Shown here piece by piece: positions 51,680 to 60,855 of a DNA stretch of 64,000 nucleotides. The position numbers and the translations under genes were made by a program. Source of the stretch: Candidatus Eiseniibacteriota bacterium (GTDB lineage Bacteria; Eisenbacteria; RBG-16-71-46). Numbering within the stretch: position 1 is the first letter of the stretch; each line of letters begins with the position of its first letter. The notes beneath the pieces are model-generated. The model was not told where the DNA came from. It ran no database searches and saw only the letters and a list, made by a program, of their open reading frames with translations. Where the stretch lies: the NCBI GenBank assembly GCA_041483195.1, contig JBGPFC010000013.1, forward strand, positions 30,437 to 94,436, given 5' to 3'.

Positions 51680-52531
51680 TCACTTTGCGCATATCTCCCG
51701 CATCCAGGCAAGAGCCTCCGCCGCGGCATCTGGCCGATGGTCGCGGCGTTTCTGAGTCATCGCTGAAACGAGTTCGGCGAACTGCTCCGCCTGCGGGAAC
51801 GAAAGCGCCAATCGGGGCAGGGGCTGAGCCTCGACGCGGGTGACGATCTCGAGTGGATTTGAAGCTCCTGTAATGAATGGATTTGAACCGGTCGCGCATT
51901 CGAAGAGGGTCACGCCTAGCGCAAAGAGATCCGATCGGGCGTCGATGTCGAGCTTTACGTTCCGGCACTGTTCTGGAGGAGCATAACCCCAGGTGCCCCT
52001 CCCGAATGGCGCGTTTGACTGCGTCATGGATTCGAGCTGCAGGTGACGAGCGATGCCGAAATCGAGGACCCAGAAGTCCCCCGCTGGCGTGCAGATCAAG
52101 TTTTCAGGTTTGATGTCGCGGTGGACGATCTTCACTCGCTCAGCGTCGGCGAGAACCTCAAGCACGTGAACGCCGAGACGCAAGACAGTTGAGGAGGGGA
52201 GCGCGCCTGAGTGCAGGCACTGACGCACCGTTTGTCCATCGATGCGCTGTTCCCTCACCCATACGCAGTCGCCGATCTGGGTCGGCAGCGTGCCCTGACC
52301 AAAAATGCGTGGAACGCGGCTCGACTGGACTTGTTCCGTGGCAAGGATTTCTCGGCGAATGCTCTCGAAGCCCTGCTGGGGATGGATGACCTTGAGCACG
52401 ACGGGGCCATCGGTTGGATGGGCTGCCGCGAAGACGAGTTTGAACGTGCCTCTGTCTAGCGGGGTAAGACCCGAGAGGTCGGGGAACTGGGCGCTTAGCC
52501 AAGCGAGATCTACTTGGGGCGTGCCGTTCAC
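51680..52531 (-). CDS. Stand-alone Hanks-type Ser/Thr protein kinase
   Basis: RGTFKLVF, VLKVI, HRDIKPEN, DFG, GTWGYAPPEQ and SDLFALG motifs; GTGA overlap with the upstream gene. Confidence 0.92.
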   Translation of the reverse strand: MNGTPQVDLAWLSAQFPDLSGLTPLDRGTFKLVFAAAHPTDGPVVLKVIHPQQGFESIRREILATEQVQSSRVPRIFGQGTLPTQIGDCVWVREQRIDGQTVRQCLHSGALPSSTVLRLGVHVLEVLADAERVKIVHRDIKPENLICTPAGDFWVLDFGIARHLQLESMTQSNAPFGRGTWGYAPPEQCRNVKLDIDARSDLFALGVTLFECATGSNPFITGASNPLEIVTRVEAQPLPRLALSFPQAEQFAELVSAMTQKRRDHRPDAAAEALAWMREICAK

Positions 52532-53253
52532 GCGCGGCCCTTCGCGTCAATCGTAGCGGCCCGCCAAGCCCACTCGTTGAAGAGCCACGAGGCGTAGGAG
52601 CGGGGCAATCTGGCGGGACCAAGCGACGGGGCGTCCAAGTAGGCATCGTCTCTTGACCACACGCCGATTCCGGATGCATTTGCCGCCTCCTGAAACTTGG
52701 AGTCTCTTGGCAAACGAGGGAAAAGGACAAAGGAATTCGATGCGAACCAGAAGTTCTGCCGGGCCTGGTCAAGGGCAGCGCCCCACTCGCTGATTTTCGC
52801 CTCAATCGCGATTATGTGTCTTGCGGCGAACACAGCGGAGAGGGCTCGCGGGACCCACTCGTCCGCGACCAATCGAATCATGTCCGCCGCTTCGAGGCGC
52901 TCCAGAGCTTGCGGTAGTTGCTTGGGGAAAAAGCGCTCAAGATCCTCTTCGTCTTGGGGCCCCATGATTGCGAGGTAGTGCATCAGCCGCAGGTCGCCAT
53001 TGGTGAGATCCAGCCGAGAGGGACTCCACTTTCGAGTCACAGCTTCATTCCAGAGTACGAGAACGAGGTCCGGGACTCCGGAATCGAGCTGCGGCTCGCA
53101 GAAAAGCGTTGCGCGGCAACCGCGGGGGATTCGGATCGGTTCTCGCTCGATGAACCACTCAATCAAGTCACGCTCGGGACCGGGGCGATGAGCACGGAAA
53201 GTCGCGCCGAAGTCGATTGGGGCAAGCTTTCGGTCCATCAAAGTGAGAGCCAT
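52528..53253 (-). CDS. PD-(D/E)XK nuclease-like protein with inserted winged-helix-like segment
   Basis: GGAGGAG RBS; E...GVPDLVLV...IIAIEAK...ALDQA motif set; intervening LRLMHYL...QALERLEAADMI resembles a wHTH. Confidence 0.7.
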   Translation of the reverse strand: MALTLMDRKLAPIDFGATFRAHRPGPERDLIEWFIEREPIRIPRGCRATLFCEPQLDSGVPDLVLVLWNEAVTRKWSPSRLDLTNGDLRLMHYLAIMGPQDEEDLERFFPKQLPQALERLEAADMIRLVADEWVPRALSAVFAARHIIAIEAKISEWGAALDQARQNFWFASNSFVLFPRLPRDSKFQEAANASGIGVWSRDDAYLDAPSLGPARLPRSYASWLFNEWAWRAATIDAKGRA

Positions 53254-53457
53254 TCTCCTCCCTATGGTCTCGCATGCTCTACGCCGTCGAGCCTGATTCA
53301 ACTCAGTACTCCCATGAGATGATCTGGAGCACACCCACATCGGTCTGCGATCTGTATTCTGCCTTCCCTCGGCAGCGTGTTCTCGACGTCGGCTCCCGTC
53401 GCTGCGCGATTTGATTACCGCGAGGAGACCGGTCTGATCGGTTTGTTCGGCGCCCCG

Positions 53458-54666
53458 CTAGCCGTTCGCCTTCGCGACCTCGTCGCGCACGCGCCTCATC
53501 ACCAGCTCCACCTCGTCGTCGTGCGTGTAGAAGTGCGGGGCGAGGCGCAGGCCGACGCCCGGGCGGAAGTCGAGCAGCACGTCGTCGGCCAGCAGCGCCG
53601 CGCACACCGCGTCGGCGTGCGGCACGTCGAGCACCATGGTGCCGCCGCGGAGCGCGTCCCCGCGCGGCGAGGTGACGCGCATGCCGTACTCGTCCGCGAG
53701 CGCGATCATGCGCGCGGTCTGGCGCAGCGACTTCTCGCGGATCGCGTCCACGCCAATCCGCGCGATGATCTCGTAGCCGGGCCGCGCGGCCATGAACGCC
53801 GGGATCGCCGGGGTTCCGGTCCAGAACCGGCGCGCGCCGGGGTCGCGGCGGGTCGGGCCGGGGTCGAAGTCGAACGGGCGCTCGTGCGCCATCCATCCGG
53901 TGAGCGCGGGCTCGAGCCGGTCGCGCACGCGCGGGCTCACGTAGAGGTACCCCGCGCCCGGCCCGCCGCACAGCCACTTCACGGAGCCGCCGCTCAGCAT
54001 GTCGATCCCGAGCGCGGCCACGTCCACCGGCACCGTGCCCACCGACTGGTAGGCGTCGATCAGCGTGAGCGCGCCGGCCTCGCGCGCGCGGCGCGCGATC
54101 GCGCCGACGTCGAGCACGCGCGAGCTGCGGAACAGCACGTGCGAGATCGCGACCACGGCGGTGCGCTCGTCGATCGCGGCGAACAGGTCGGCCTCGTCGA
54201 CGGTGTGGCCGTCGCGCGATGGGACGCGCACGATCTCGGCCCCGCGGCGCGCGAGGCCCTCGTAGAGGTAGAGCACCGACGGAAAATCATCGGCGGTGCA
54301 CACCAGCCGGTTGCGCGGCGGCGCGAACGGGATCGCCGAGAGCGCGATCGCCTGCGCCATGGTGACGTTCTCGCACATCGAGACCGTGCCGGGCTCCGCG
54401 TGGAGGATGCCCGCGAGCAGGTCGCCGATCTCGGTGGGGAGCGCGAACCAGCTCTCCCCCCACGCGCGGATGCCGCGCGCCTTCCAGGTCTGCGCGTAGA
54501 GGCGCAGCGCCTCCTCGACCCCGCGCGGCATCGCGCCCAGCGAGTGCGAGATGAAGTGCAGCGTCGCCTCGACCGTCGGGAATTCCGCGCGCCACTCGAG
54601 CAGCCGATCGGTTTTCGCGGGGGCCGCACCGCCGGTGCGGACGCCGCCCTCCGAGATCTCCCGCAT
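53458..54666 (-). CDS. Kynureninase-like PLP-dependent enzyme (aminotransferase class V)
   Basis: SHSLGAMP, DFPS, IDAYQSVG, GGSVKWLCGGPG, GWMAH and LRLAPHFY motifs. Confidence 0.85.
   Translation of the reverse strand: MREISEGGVRTGGAAPAKTDRLLEWRAEFPTVEATLHFISHSLGAMPRGVEEALRLYAQTWKARGIRAWGESWFALPTEIGDLLAGILHAEPGTVSMCENVTMAQAIALSAIPFAPPRNRLVCTADDFPSVLYLYEGLARRGAEIVRVPSRDGHTVDEADLFAAIDERTAVVAISHVLFRSSRVLDVGAIARRAREAGALTLIDAYQSVGTVPVDVAALGIDMLSGGSVKWLCGGPGAGYLYVSPRVRDRLEPALTGWMAHERPFDFDPGPTRRDPGARRFWTGTPAIPAFMAARPGYEIIARIGVDAIREKSLRQTARMIALADEYGMRVTSPRGDALRGGTMVLDVPHADAVCAALLADDVLLDFRPGVGLRLAPHFYTHDDEVELVMRRVRDEVAKANG
53467..53687. repeat. 3' end of the kynureninase-like gene, direct repeat with 44937-45157
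   Basis: About 7 mismatches in 221 bp by manual alignment. Confidence 0.93.
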
Positions 54667-54667
54667 C

Positions 54668-55255
54668 TCAGTGACTACCGCGCGCCGCGCCAACCCCGGC
54701 GAGCGCCCACTGCGCGGCCTGCTCCGGCGTCGAGGCCACCCGCACGTGGTCGAAGAGATGCGGCAGCACGCGGTCGGGATGGCGGTGCGCATCGAGATAG
54801 TCCGCCCAGTGGTCGCCGAGCAGCACCAGCGGCGCGGACGAACGGCCTCCGGTCGAGAGCAGCGTCCAGGTGAGGAACAGCTCGGTGAGCGTGCCGATGC
54901 TTCCGGGCAGCGTCACGAATCCGTCCGCGCGCTCGACGATGTGGCGGAGGCGCTCGTAGAGGTCGGGGGTGTGGACGCGCTCGCGCACCCACGCGTTGGC
55001 GGGGCCGCGCTTCTCGAACAGCTCGACGGTGACGCCCACCACGTGTCCGCCGGCCTCGGCGGCGCCGCGCGAACAACCCTCCATCGTGCCGCCGTAGCCT
55101 CCGGTCATCACGCCCGCCCCGGCGCGCGCGATGGCCGCGCCCAGCGCGTACGCGAGCGCGTACGCCGGATCGCCCTCGCGCACCGCGCTGCTGCCGAACA
55201 CGGCGATCAGCGGGCGGGCGGCGCCGGGCGGGACATTCGCAGCCGAGCGTTCCAT
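54668..55255 (-). CDS. LOG family protein (nucleotide phosphoribohydrolase-like)
   Basis: AVFGSS, TGGYGGTMEG and LPGSIGTLTE motifs. Confidence 0.88.
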   Translation of the reverse strand: MERSAANVPPGAARPLIAVFGSSAVREGDPAYALAYALGAAIARAGAGVMTGGYGGTMEGCSRGAAEAGGHVVGVTVELFEKRGPANAWVRERVHTPDLYERLRHIVERADGFVTLPGSIGTLTELFLTWTLLSTGGRSSAPLVLLGDHWADYLDAHRHPDRVLPHLFDHVRVASTPEQAAQWALAGVGAARGSH

Positions 55256-55314
55256 GGCCGAGCATTGTGACACGAACTCGACGCGCTCAACCAGTGCCGC
55301 TTAGACTGCGGCGC

Positions 55315-55683
55315 ATGCTCCGGGACGAGTTCGCCGAGGTGCGGGTGCACGCGGAACCCGGCCGACTCGCCGAAGGCGCGGGCGTTCGCTTCGGCGTGGT
55401 GGTCGAGGGCGTCGCGCGCGACGCCTTCGCGGTGCGCTATCGCGGGCGGTGGTTCGCGTACGTGAACGTCTGCCGTCACCAGTTGCAGCCGCTCGATTTC
55501 GGCGACGCGCACTTCTTCGACGATGCGTTCGACGCGCTGGTGTGCTGCCATCACGGGGCGCGCTACCGGCCCGAGACCGGCGAGTGCTTCGATGGCCCCT
55601 GCCGCGGCGCTCGGCTCACCGCGCTCGCGCTCGAGACGCGCGACGGCGCGCTGTGGTGCGTGGGGCTGCGGGCCGAGGGCTGA
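55315..55683 (+). CDS. Rieske [2Fe-2S] domain protein
   Basis: CRH...CCHHG Rieske ligands, GECFDGPC; start 55315 (or 55267). Confidence 0.88.
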   Translation: MLRDEFAEVRVHAEPGRLAEGAGVRFGVVVEGVARDAFAVRYRGRWFAYVNVCRHQLQPLDFGDAHFFDDAFDALVCCHHGARYRPETGECFDGPCRGARLTALALETRDGALWCVGLRAEG

Positions 55684-55734
55684 AGCGGGCGTCGCCGCGG
55701 CGCCCGGGGCGTCATCGCCGCGACGCCAGCGGCT

Positions 55735-56406
55735 TCACCCCCGCGGCGTGTTGCGGTTCACGACGACGCCGCGATCGGCGACGTCGAGGTAGCCCACCAG
55801 CCGCGCGTTGCGGCGGATCGCGTCGCTCAGGCTCTCGGCGACGCGATCCTCCGCGATCGCGTGCGCGAGCGCGGGCGACAGCACGACCGGGTGCCCGCGC
55901 CGCCCGTGAAAACGCGGGACCAGCGCGTAGCAGAATCGCGAGCGCTCGCGCGCGCTGCGGCACGCCGCGAGCGCATCGAGCATGACCTGGGCGAGGCTCG
56001 CGACGGTGAAGGACCGCACCGCCGGATGATCGACCGGCAGCACCATCACCCCAGCTGGCTTGAGCTCCAGCGCGTCCTCGAGCCCGATCCGCACCGAAGA
56101 CAACATGCCGTGTCGCCAGCGCGGGTTGAACGTGAAGTGCACCTCGAGCCCGTTCGCGCCCTTGCGGCGCGCCTGCACCAGCTCGTCGCGCAGCCGGCCG
56201 CTCGCCACCAGCGCCTCGAACTCGCCCTGCGCCTGCCGCTTGATCGCGGCCGCTCCCGCGCCGAGCACCACCACCACCGCGTCGCAGGCTCCCCACAGGT
56301 GACGCACGCCGTTCGCGAGGAACGAGTCGCGGCCCTCCCGCACCGTCGCCTTGGGCGTTCCCATCCGGGTGGATGCCCCGGCCGCCAGCAGCACGCCCGC
56401 CATCAT
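55735..56406 (-). CDS. MocA/MobA-like nucleotidyltransferase (molybdenum cofactor cytidylyltransferase-like)
   Basis: LLAAGASTRMGTPKA, NPRWRHGMLSS, PVDHP and GHPV motifs; follows xdhC. Confidence 0.85.
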   Translation of the reverse strand: MMAGVLLAAGASTRMGTPKATVREGRDSFLANGVRHLWGACDAVVVVLGAGAAAIKRQAQGEFEALVASGRLRDELVQARRKGANGLEVHFTFNPRWRHGMLSSVRIGLEDALELKPAGVMVLPVDHPAVRSFTVASLAQVMLDALAACRSARERSRFCYALVPRFHGRRGHPVVLSPALAHAIAEDRVAESLSDAIRRNARLVGYLDVADRGVVVNRNTPRG

Positions 56407-57371
56407 CACTCGTCCCTCCCCTGAATCCGGTCGGCATCCACCTCGTGATCGTCCGTTTCCGTCTCGCGCGGCTTTCCCGCTCTCGATGGCGGCACCCAGC
56501 CGGGCGCGGCTTCGCCCCCGCGCCGCACCGAGACCAGCTGCGCCATCACGCTCACCGCGATCTCCTCCGGCGTGGCCGCCCCGATCGGAAGCCCGAGCGG
56601 CGTGTGCAGCCGCGCGATCTCATCGTCGCCGAACCCGCGCGCGCGCAGGCGCAGCGCGAACTTCCGCTGCTTCGGCACGCTGCCGATCATGCCGATGAAG
56701 CGGAGCGGCTTGCGCAGCAGATGCTGCACGATGCGCTGATCGAGCGCGTGATCGTGGGTCACCACCACCGCGTAATCGCCGGCCTCGGTCTCGAGCGCGC
56801 GCGCCACGTCGTCCGCGGATTCCACGCGCACGCGCGAGGTGGGGAACCGCTCGCTGGTCGCCCACTCCGCGCGCTCGTCCACCACCGTCACCTCGAAGCC
56901 GCAGCCCGCCGCGATCGCGGCGAGCGGCTTCGCGATGTAGCCGGCGCCGAACACCGTGAGCCGCGGGGCGGGCTCCACGATCTCGAGGAACACCGTCATC
57001 TCGCCGCCGCAGCACATGCCGAGCTCCTGCGTGAGATGGCGATGGAGCATGACGTGGCCGCCGCGTGCGAACAGCGCGCGCGCCTGATCGAGCACCACGC
57101 TCTCGATCGCGCCGCCGCCGATGGTGCCCACCGTCGCGCCGTCCTCCGCGATCAGCATGTGCGCGCCGGGCTTGCGCGGCGTGTAGCCGCGCGAGTCGAT
57201 GACCGAGGCCAGCGCGAAGCGCCGGCGTTCCGCGCGCCAGCGCGCGAGCGCGTCCCATACCTCGCTGTCGCGCGTGAGCCCTGGGGCGTCGAATCCCGCG
57301 GGGCCTCCGCCCTTCCGCGGCTCGCGATCCTCGCGATGTCCGCGGTCCGCTTCGTCGCGCTCCTCGTTCAT
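56406..57371 (-). CDS. xdhC: XdhC/CoxI family molybdoenzyme maturation factor
   Basis: TPRKPGAHML, GTIGGGAIE, GMCCGG, FGAGYIA, VTHDH and PLGLPIGAATPEEIAVS motifs. Confidence 0.92.
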   Translation of the reverse strand: MNEERDEADRGHREDREPRKGGGPAGFDAPGLTRDSEVWDALARWRAERRRFALASVIDSRGYTPRKPGAHMLIAEDGATVGTIGGGAIESVVLDQARALFARGGHVMLHRHLTQELGMCCGGEMTVFLEIVEPAPRLTVFGAGYIAKPLAAIAAGCGFEVTVVDERAEWATSERFPTSRVRVESADDVARALETEAGDYAVVVTHDHALDQRIVQHLLRKPLRFIGMIGSVPKQRKFALRLRARGFGDDEIARLHTPLGLPIGAATPEEIAVSVMAQLVSVRRGGEAAPGWVPPSRAGKPRETETDDHEVDADRIQGRDE

Positions 57372-58360
57372 GGCGCACCCCCCCCCATCGCATCGCGCAC
57401 CGCGCGGCGCACGAACACCGGAACCATCGCGTGGCGGTAGTCGGGATCGTACGCCACGCTGATCTGCGGGCGGCACTGGCGGTGGGCGGCATCGGCGAGC
57501 GTCGCGGCCAGCGCCTCGTCGAGCGGCCGGCCCCTCACCATCTCGTCCACCCCGTGGATCAGGCGCGGCTTCGCGGCGATGGCGCTCACCACCAGCCGCG
57601 CGTGCGAGCAGCGCTCGCCCGCGACCCTTGCAGCAAACGCCACCGACAGCATCGGGAAGTCGATCGCGCCGCGCGGGCGCAGCTTTTGATACCCGGCCTT
57701 CAGGCCGCGCGACGCCGCGGGGACGAACACCCGCACCACCAGCTCTGCGGGCGCCAGCACATTGTTGTGAAGCCCGTCCGCCACGAAGAAGTCGTCGGCC
57801 GCCACCGTGCGGCGGCCGCCGGGCCCCGCGATCTCGATCGCGGCGTCGAGCGCGATCAGCACCGGGGCGACGTCCGAGGAATGCGCGGCGACGCAGCGCT
57901 TGCCGGCGGGAACGACGTGGCAGTGCACCCCGTCCTTCTTCAGGCAGAACCCGAGCGCCGCGCGCCAGTCGTAGGTCTGGTTGTAGTAGGTGCAGCGCGT
58001 GTCGAGGCACAGGTTCCCGCCCAGCGTCCCCATGTTGCGAAGCTGGGGCCCCGCGACCAGGCCCGCCGCCTTCGCGAGGACGGGGAAATCGCGGAGCAAC
58101 GCCGGGAGCCGCGCGAGCTCGCTGAGCGTGAGCAGCGGCCCGAGATGAAGACCGTCCGCATCATCGCGCGCGAAATGCAGCTCGCGCACCGCCCCGAGAT
58201 GCACCAGCACGCGCGGCTCGTGCAGCCCGTGCTTGAGATTGGGCACCGCGTCGGTGCCGCCCGCCACGACCAGCGCCTCGCCGCCGCGCGCGGCGAGCGT
58301 CGCCAGGGTCTCGTCGACGGTGCGCGGCGCGCTCCACTCGTAACGCGGCAGGGTCAGCAT
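57368..58360 (-). CDS. hcrB: Xanthine-oxidase-family FAD subunit with extra [4Fe-4S] insertion (4-hydroxybenzoyl-CoA reductase beta-like)
   Basis: AGGTD and RNMGTLGGNL; Cys spacing C-x15-C-x7-C-x8-C; KLRPRGAIDF. Confidence 0.75.
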   Translation of the reverse strand: MLTLPRYEWSAPRTVDETLATLAARGGEALVVAGGTDAVPNLKHGLHEPRVLVHLGAVRELHFARDDADGLHLGPLLTLSELARLPALLRDFPVLAKAAGLVAGPQLRNMGTLGGNLCLDTRCTYYNQTYDWRAALGFCLKKDGVHCHVVPAGKRCVAAHSSDVAPVLIALDAAIEIAGPGGRRTVAADDFFVADGLHNNVLAPAELVVRVFVPAASRGLKAGYQKLRPRGAIDFPMLSVAFAARVAGERCSHARLVVSAIAAKPRLIHGVDEMVRGRPLDEALAATLADAAHRQCRPQISVAYDPDYRHAMVPVFVRRAVRDAMGGGAP

Positions 58361-60855
58361 CGCGCGCTCCCGGCGGCGCTCGCGGGCACGCCCGCGATCT
58401 GCGCGCGCGCGATGCCCCACCGCGCGCGGGGATCGCCGGCCGCGAGCAGCGAGAGCACGCGGGGCGGGCTGAAGGGAAGGCGGTCGCAGCGGATTCCGAG
58501 CGCGTCGTAGATGGCGTTCGCGAGCGCGGGCACGCTGGGATGGAGCGGACCCTCGCCCGCCTCCTTCGCGCCGTACGGGCCCTCGGGGTCCACCGATTCC
58601 ACGATCAGCGAGACGAACTCGGGCACGTCGAGCGAGGTCGGAATGCGATAGTCGAGGAGCGATGGGCCGTGATGAATCCCCGGGCCGTGATGGGGACCCG
58701 CCGGCTTGAACACCTGCTCCTCGAGCAGCGCCTCCGCGAGCCCCATGTAGGCGCTGCCCTCCATCTGTCCTTCGACCGCCACCGGGCTCAGCGCGCGGCC
58801 GCAGTCGTGGGCGATCCAGACCTTCTCCACCTTCACGAAGCCGGTCTCGGGATCGCACGCGACCTCGACAACGTGCGCCGTGAAGGAGTAGGCCGGGGAG
58901 GCGCCGATGGTGCCGCCGCGGTAGTCGCCGCCCAGCTTCGGGCTCTGGTACCAGCCCACCGATCCCAGCGTTCCGAACCGCGATTCGGCCAGCTGGAACG
59001 CGTCCCTGACGCTCATGCACTCGCGCCCCGGATCGCGAATGGTGCACGCGACCCCGCCCGCGAGCGACACCTCGGAAGGCGCGCAGCCCCAGCGCGCGGA
59101 GAGCGCCTCGGCCACCTGCAGGCGCAGCTTGCGCGCCGCGTCGAGGCAGGCGTTGCCCACCATGAAGGTCTCGCGGCTCGAGTACGAGCCGAGATCGACC
59201 GGCGTGAGATCGGTGTCGGCCGCGACCACCCGGATGTCGCCGAGCGCGAGCCCCAGCTCCTCGGCGACGATCGTGGCCAGCACCGAGTCGGAGCCCTGGC
59301 CGATGTCGGAGGCGCCGCTGAACACCGTGGCGCGCCCGCTGCGGTCGAGCTTGATCTGCACTCCCGACTGCGGCATCTCGTTCGGATAGATGCAGTAGTT
59401 GGTGCCGCTGATGTACATGCTGCCCGCGACGCCGACCCCGCGCCCGTAGGGCAGCCGACGGAACTTCCCGCCCCAGCCCGAGGCCGACTCGACCGCCTCG
59501 AGGCATTTCAGAAACCCGTTGGAGGTGACGCGCATGCCGTTCACGGTGCGGGTGTGCTCGCCGATCGAGTTCTTGCGGCGCACCGCGATCGGGTCCATCC
59601 CGATCGCCTCGGACAGCTTGTCGATCTGGCACTCGAATGCGAAGCGCGGCTGCACCGAGCCGTGCCCGCGCTTCGGCCCGCAGCAGGGCTTGTTCGTGAA
59701 CACCCGCGTCGAGTCGAAGCGGTAGGCCTCCATCGAATAGGGCGCGGTCAGCAGCTGGCCCGAGTAGTAGGTCGTGACCAGCCCGAACGACGAGTAGGCG
59801 CCGCCGTCGATCTGGATCGCGGCGTCCACCCCGGTGAGCGTGCCGTCGCGGCGGATGCCGGTGCGATAGCGCATGCGCATCGGATGGCGGCCGCGATGCG
59901 CGTAGAACACCTCCTCGCGCGTGTAGAGGATCTTGACCGGACGGCCCAGGTTCATCGAGAGCTTCGCAGCGCAGAACTCGAGCGAGAACGGCTCGCTCTT
60001 GCCGCCGAACGCGCCGCCCACCACCGGCTGGATCACGCGGATGCGCTGGGTGGGGAGCCCCAGCACCTTCGCCAGATCGCGGTGCAGGTAGTGCGCGACC
60101 TGGGTGCTCGACCACAGGGTGAGGAACCCGGAGGCGTCGAAGTCGGCGATCGCGCAGTGCGGCTCGATCGGCGCGTGGGTGGAGCCCTCGTACCAGTATT
60201 CGCCATCGATCACGGTGTCGCTCGCGGCGAGCGCCCCCTCGACGTCGCCGAACGCGAGGTGCACGTGCTTCGAGATGTTGCCTTCGCTCGCCTTCTCGTT
60301 CACCCGCCACTCCGGATGCGCGAGCGCATCGTCGATGCCGGTGACGGCCGGCAGCGGCTCGTAGCTGACGTCGATCAGGCGCAGGGCCTCCTCTGCGATG
60401 CGCTCGCTGTCGGCGGCGACCGCCGCGATCGCATCGCCCACGTAGCGCGCCTTCGTCTCGCACAACGCCTGCTCGTCCTGCGTCCAGGGGATGATCCCGA
60501 AGTACTCGGGCAGATCGCGGCCGGTGATGACCGCGTGAACGCCGGGCAGCGCGAGCGCCCGCGATGCGTCGATCGCGAGGATGCGTGCGTGCGCGTGGAT
60601 GCTGCGCTTGAGCTTGGCGTGCAGCATGCGCGGCAGCGTGATGTCGTCTGCGTAGATCGCGCGGCCGGTCACCTTCGCCAGGCCCTCGATCTTGCGGTTG
60701 CGCCGGCCCACCACGTGAAACGCGCGATCGGGCGGCGCGGCGCGGCCCCCCGGCCACTCGGGCGGCGTGAGGCGGTCGTCGCGCGGCATGCTGCGGCCCG
60801 CGGGAATCGCCATCCCCGGCGGCGCGGCGGCGGCGGGCTTGCGCGGCGCGCTCAC
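58354..60855 (-). CDS. hcrA: Xanthine-oxidase-family molybdopterin subunit (4-hydroxybenzoyl-CoA reductase alpha-like)
   Basis: KVTGRAIYADD, GGAFGGK, RGHG, DIGQGS, GSYSSR and GPYGAKEAGEG motifs; GTG start overlaps the upstream stop. Confidence 0.72.
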   Translation of the reverse strand: MSAPRKPAAAAPPGMAIPAGRSMPRDDRLTPPEWPGGRAAPPDRAFHVVGRRNRKIEGLAKVTGRAIYADDITLPRMLHAKLKRSIHAHARILAIDASRALALPGVHAVITGRDLPEYFGIIPWTQDEQALCETKARYVGDAIAAVAADSERIAEEALRLIDVSYEPLPAVTGIDDALAHPEWRVNEKASEGNISKHVHLAFGDVEGALAASDTVIDGEYWYEGSTHAPIEPHCAIADFDASGFLTLWSSTQVAHYLHRDLAKVLGLPTQRIRVIQPVVGGAFGGKSEPFSLEFCAAKLSMNLGRPVKILYTREEVFYAHRGRHPMRMRYRTGIRRDGTLTGVDAAIQIDGGAYSSFGLVTTYYSGQLLTAPYSMEAYRFDSTRVFTNKPCCGPKRGHGSVQPRFAFECQIDKLSEAIGMDPIAVRRKNSIGEHTRTVNGMRVTSNGFLKCLEAVESASGWGGKFRRLPYGRGVGVAGSMYISGTNYCIYPNEMPQSGVQIKLDRSGRATVFSGASDIGQGSDSVLATIVAEELGLALGDIRVVAADTDLTPVDLGSYSSRETFMVGNACLDAARKLRLQVAEALSARWGCAPSEVSLAGGVACTIRDPGRECMSVRDAFQLAESRFGTLGSVGWYQSPKLGGDYRGGTIGASPAYSFTAHVVEVACDPETGFVKVEKVWIAHDCGRALSPVAVEGQMEGSAYMGLAEALLEEQVFKPAGPHHGPGIHHGPSLLDYRIPTSLDVPEFVSLIVESVDPEGPYGAKEAGEGPLHPSVPALANAIYDALGIRCDRLPFSPPRVLSLLAAGDPRARWGIARAQIAGVPASAAGSARC

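Larger units (their letters stand above)
45371..53457. mobile_element. Horizontally acquired, integrase-less genomic island with defence-like cargo
   Basis: Visible shift to more A/T-rich sequence and non-host codon usage; bounded by duplicated housekeeping-gene fragments. Confidence 0.8.

Noticed and set aside
44937..53687. Classical attL/attR of a prophage or ICE
   Set aside because: No recombinase, phage or conjugation genes, and the extra thyX duplication is not explained by site-specific integration.
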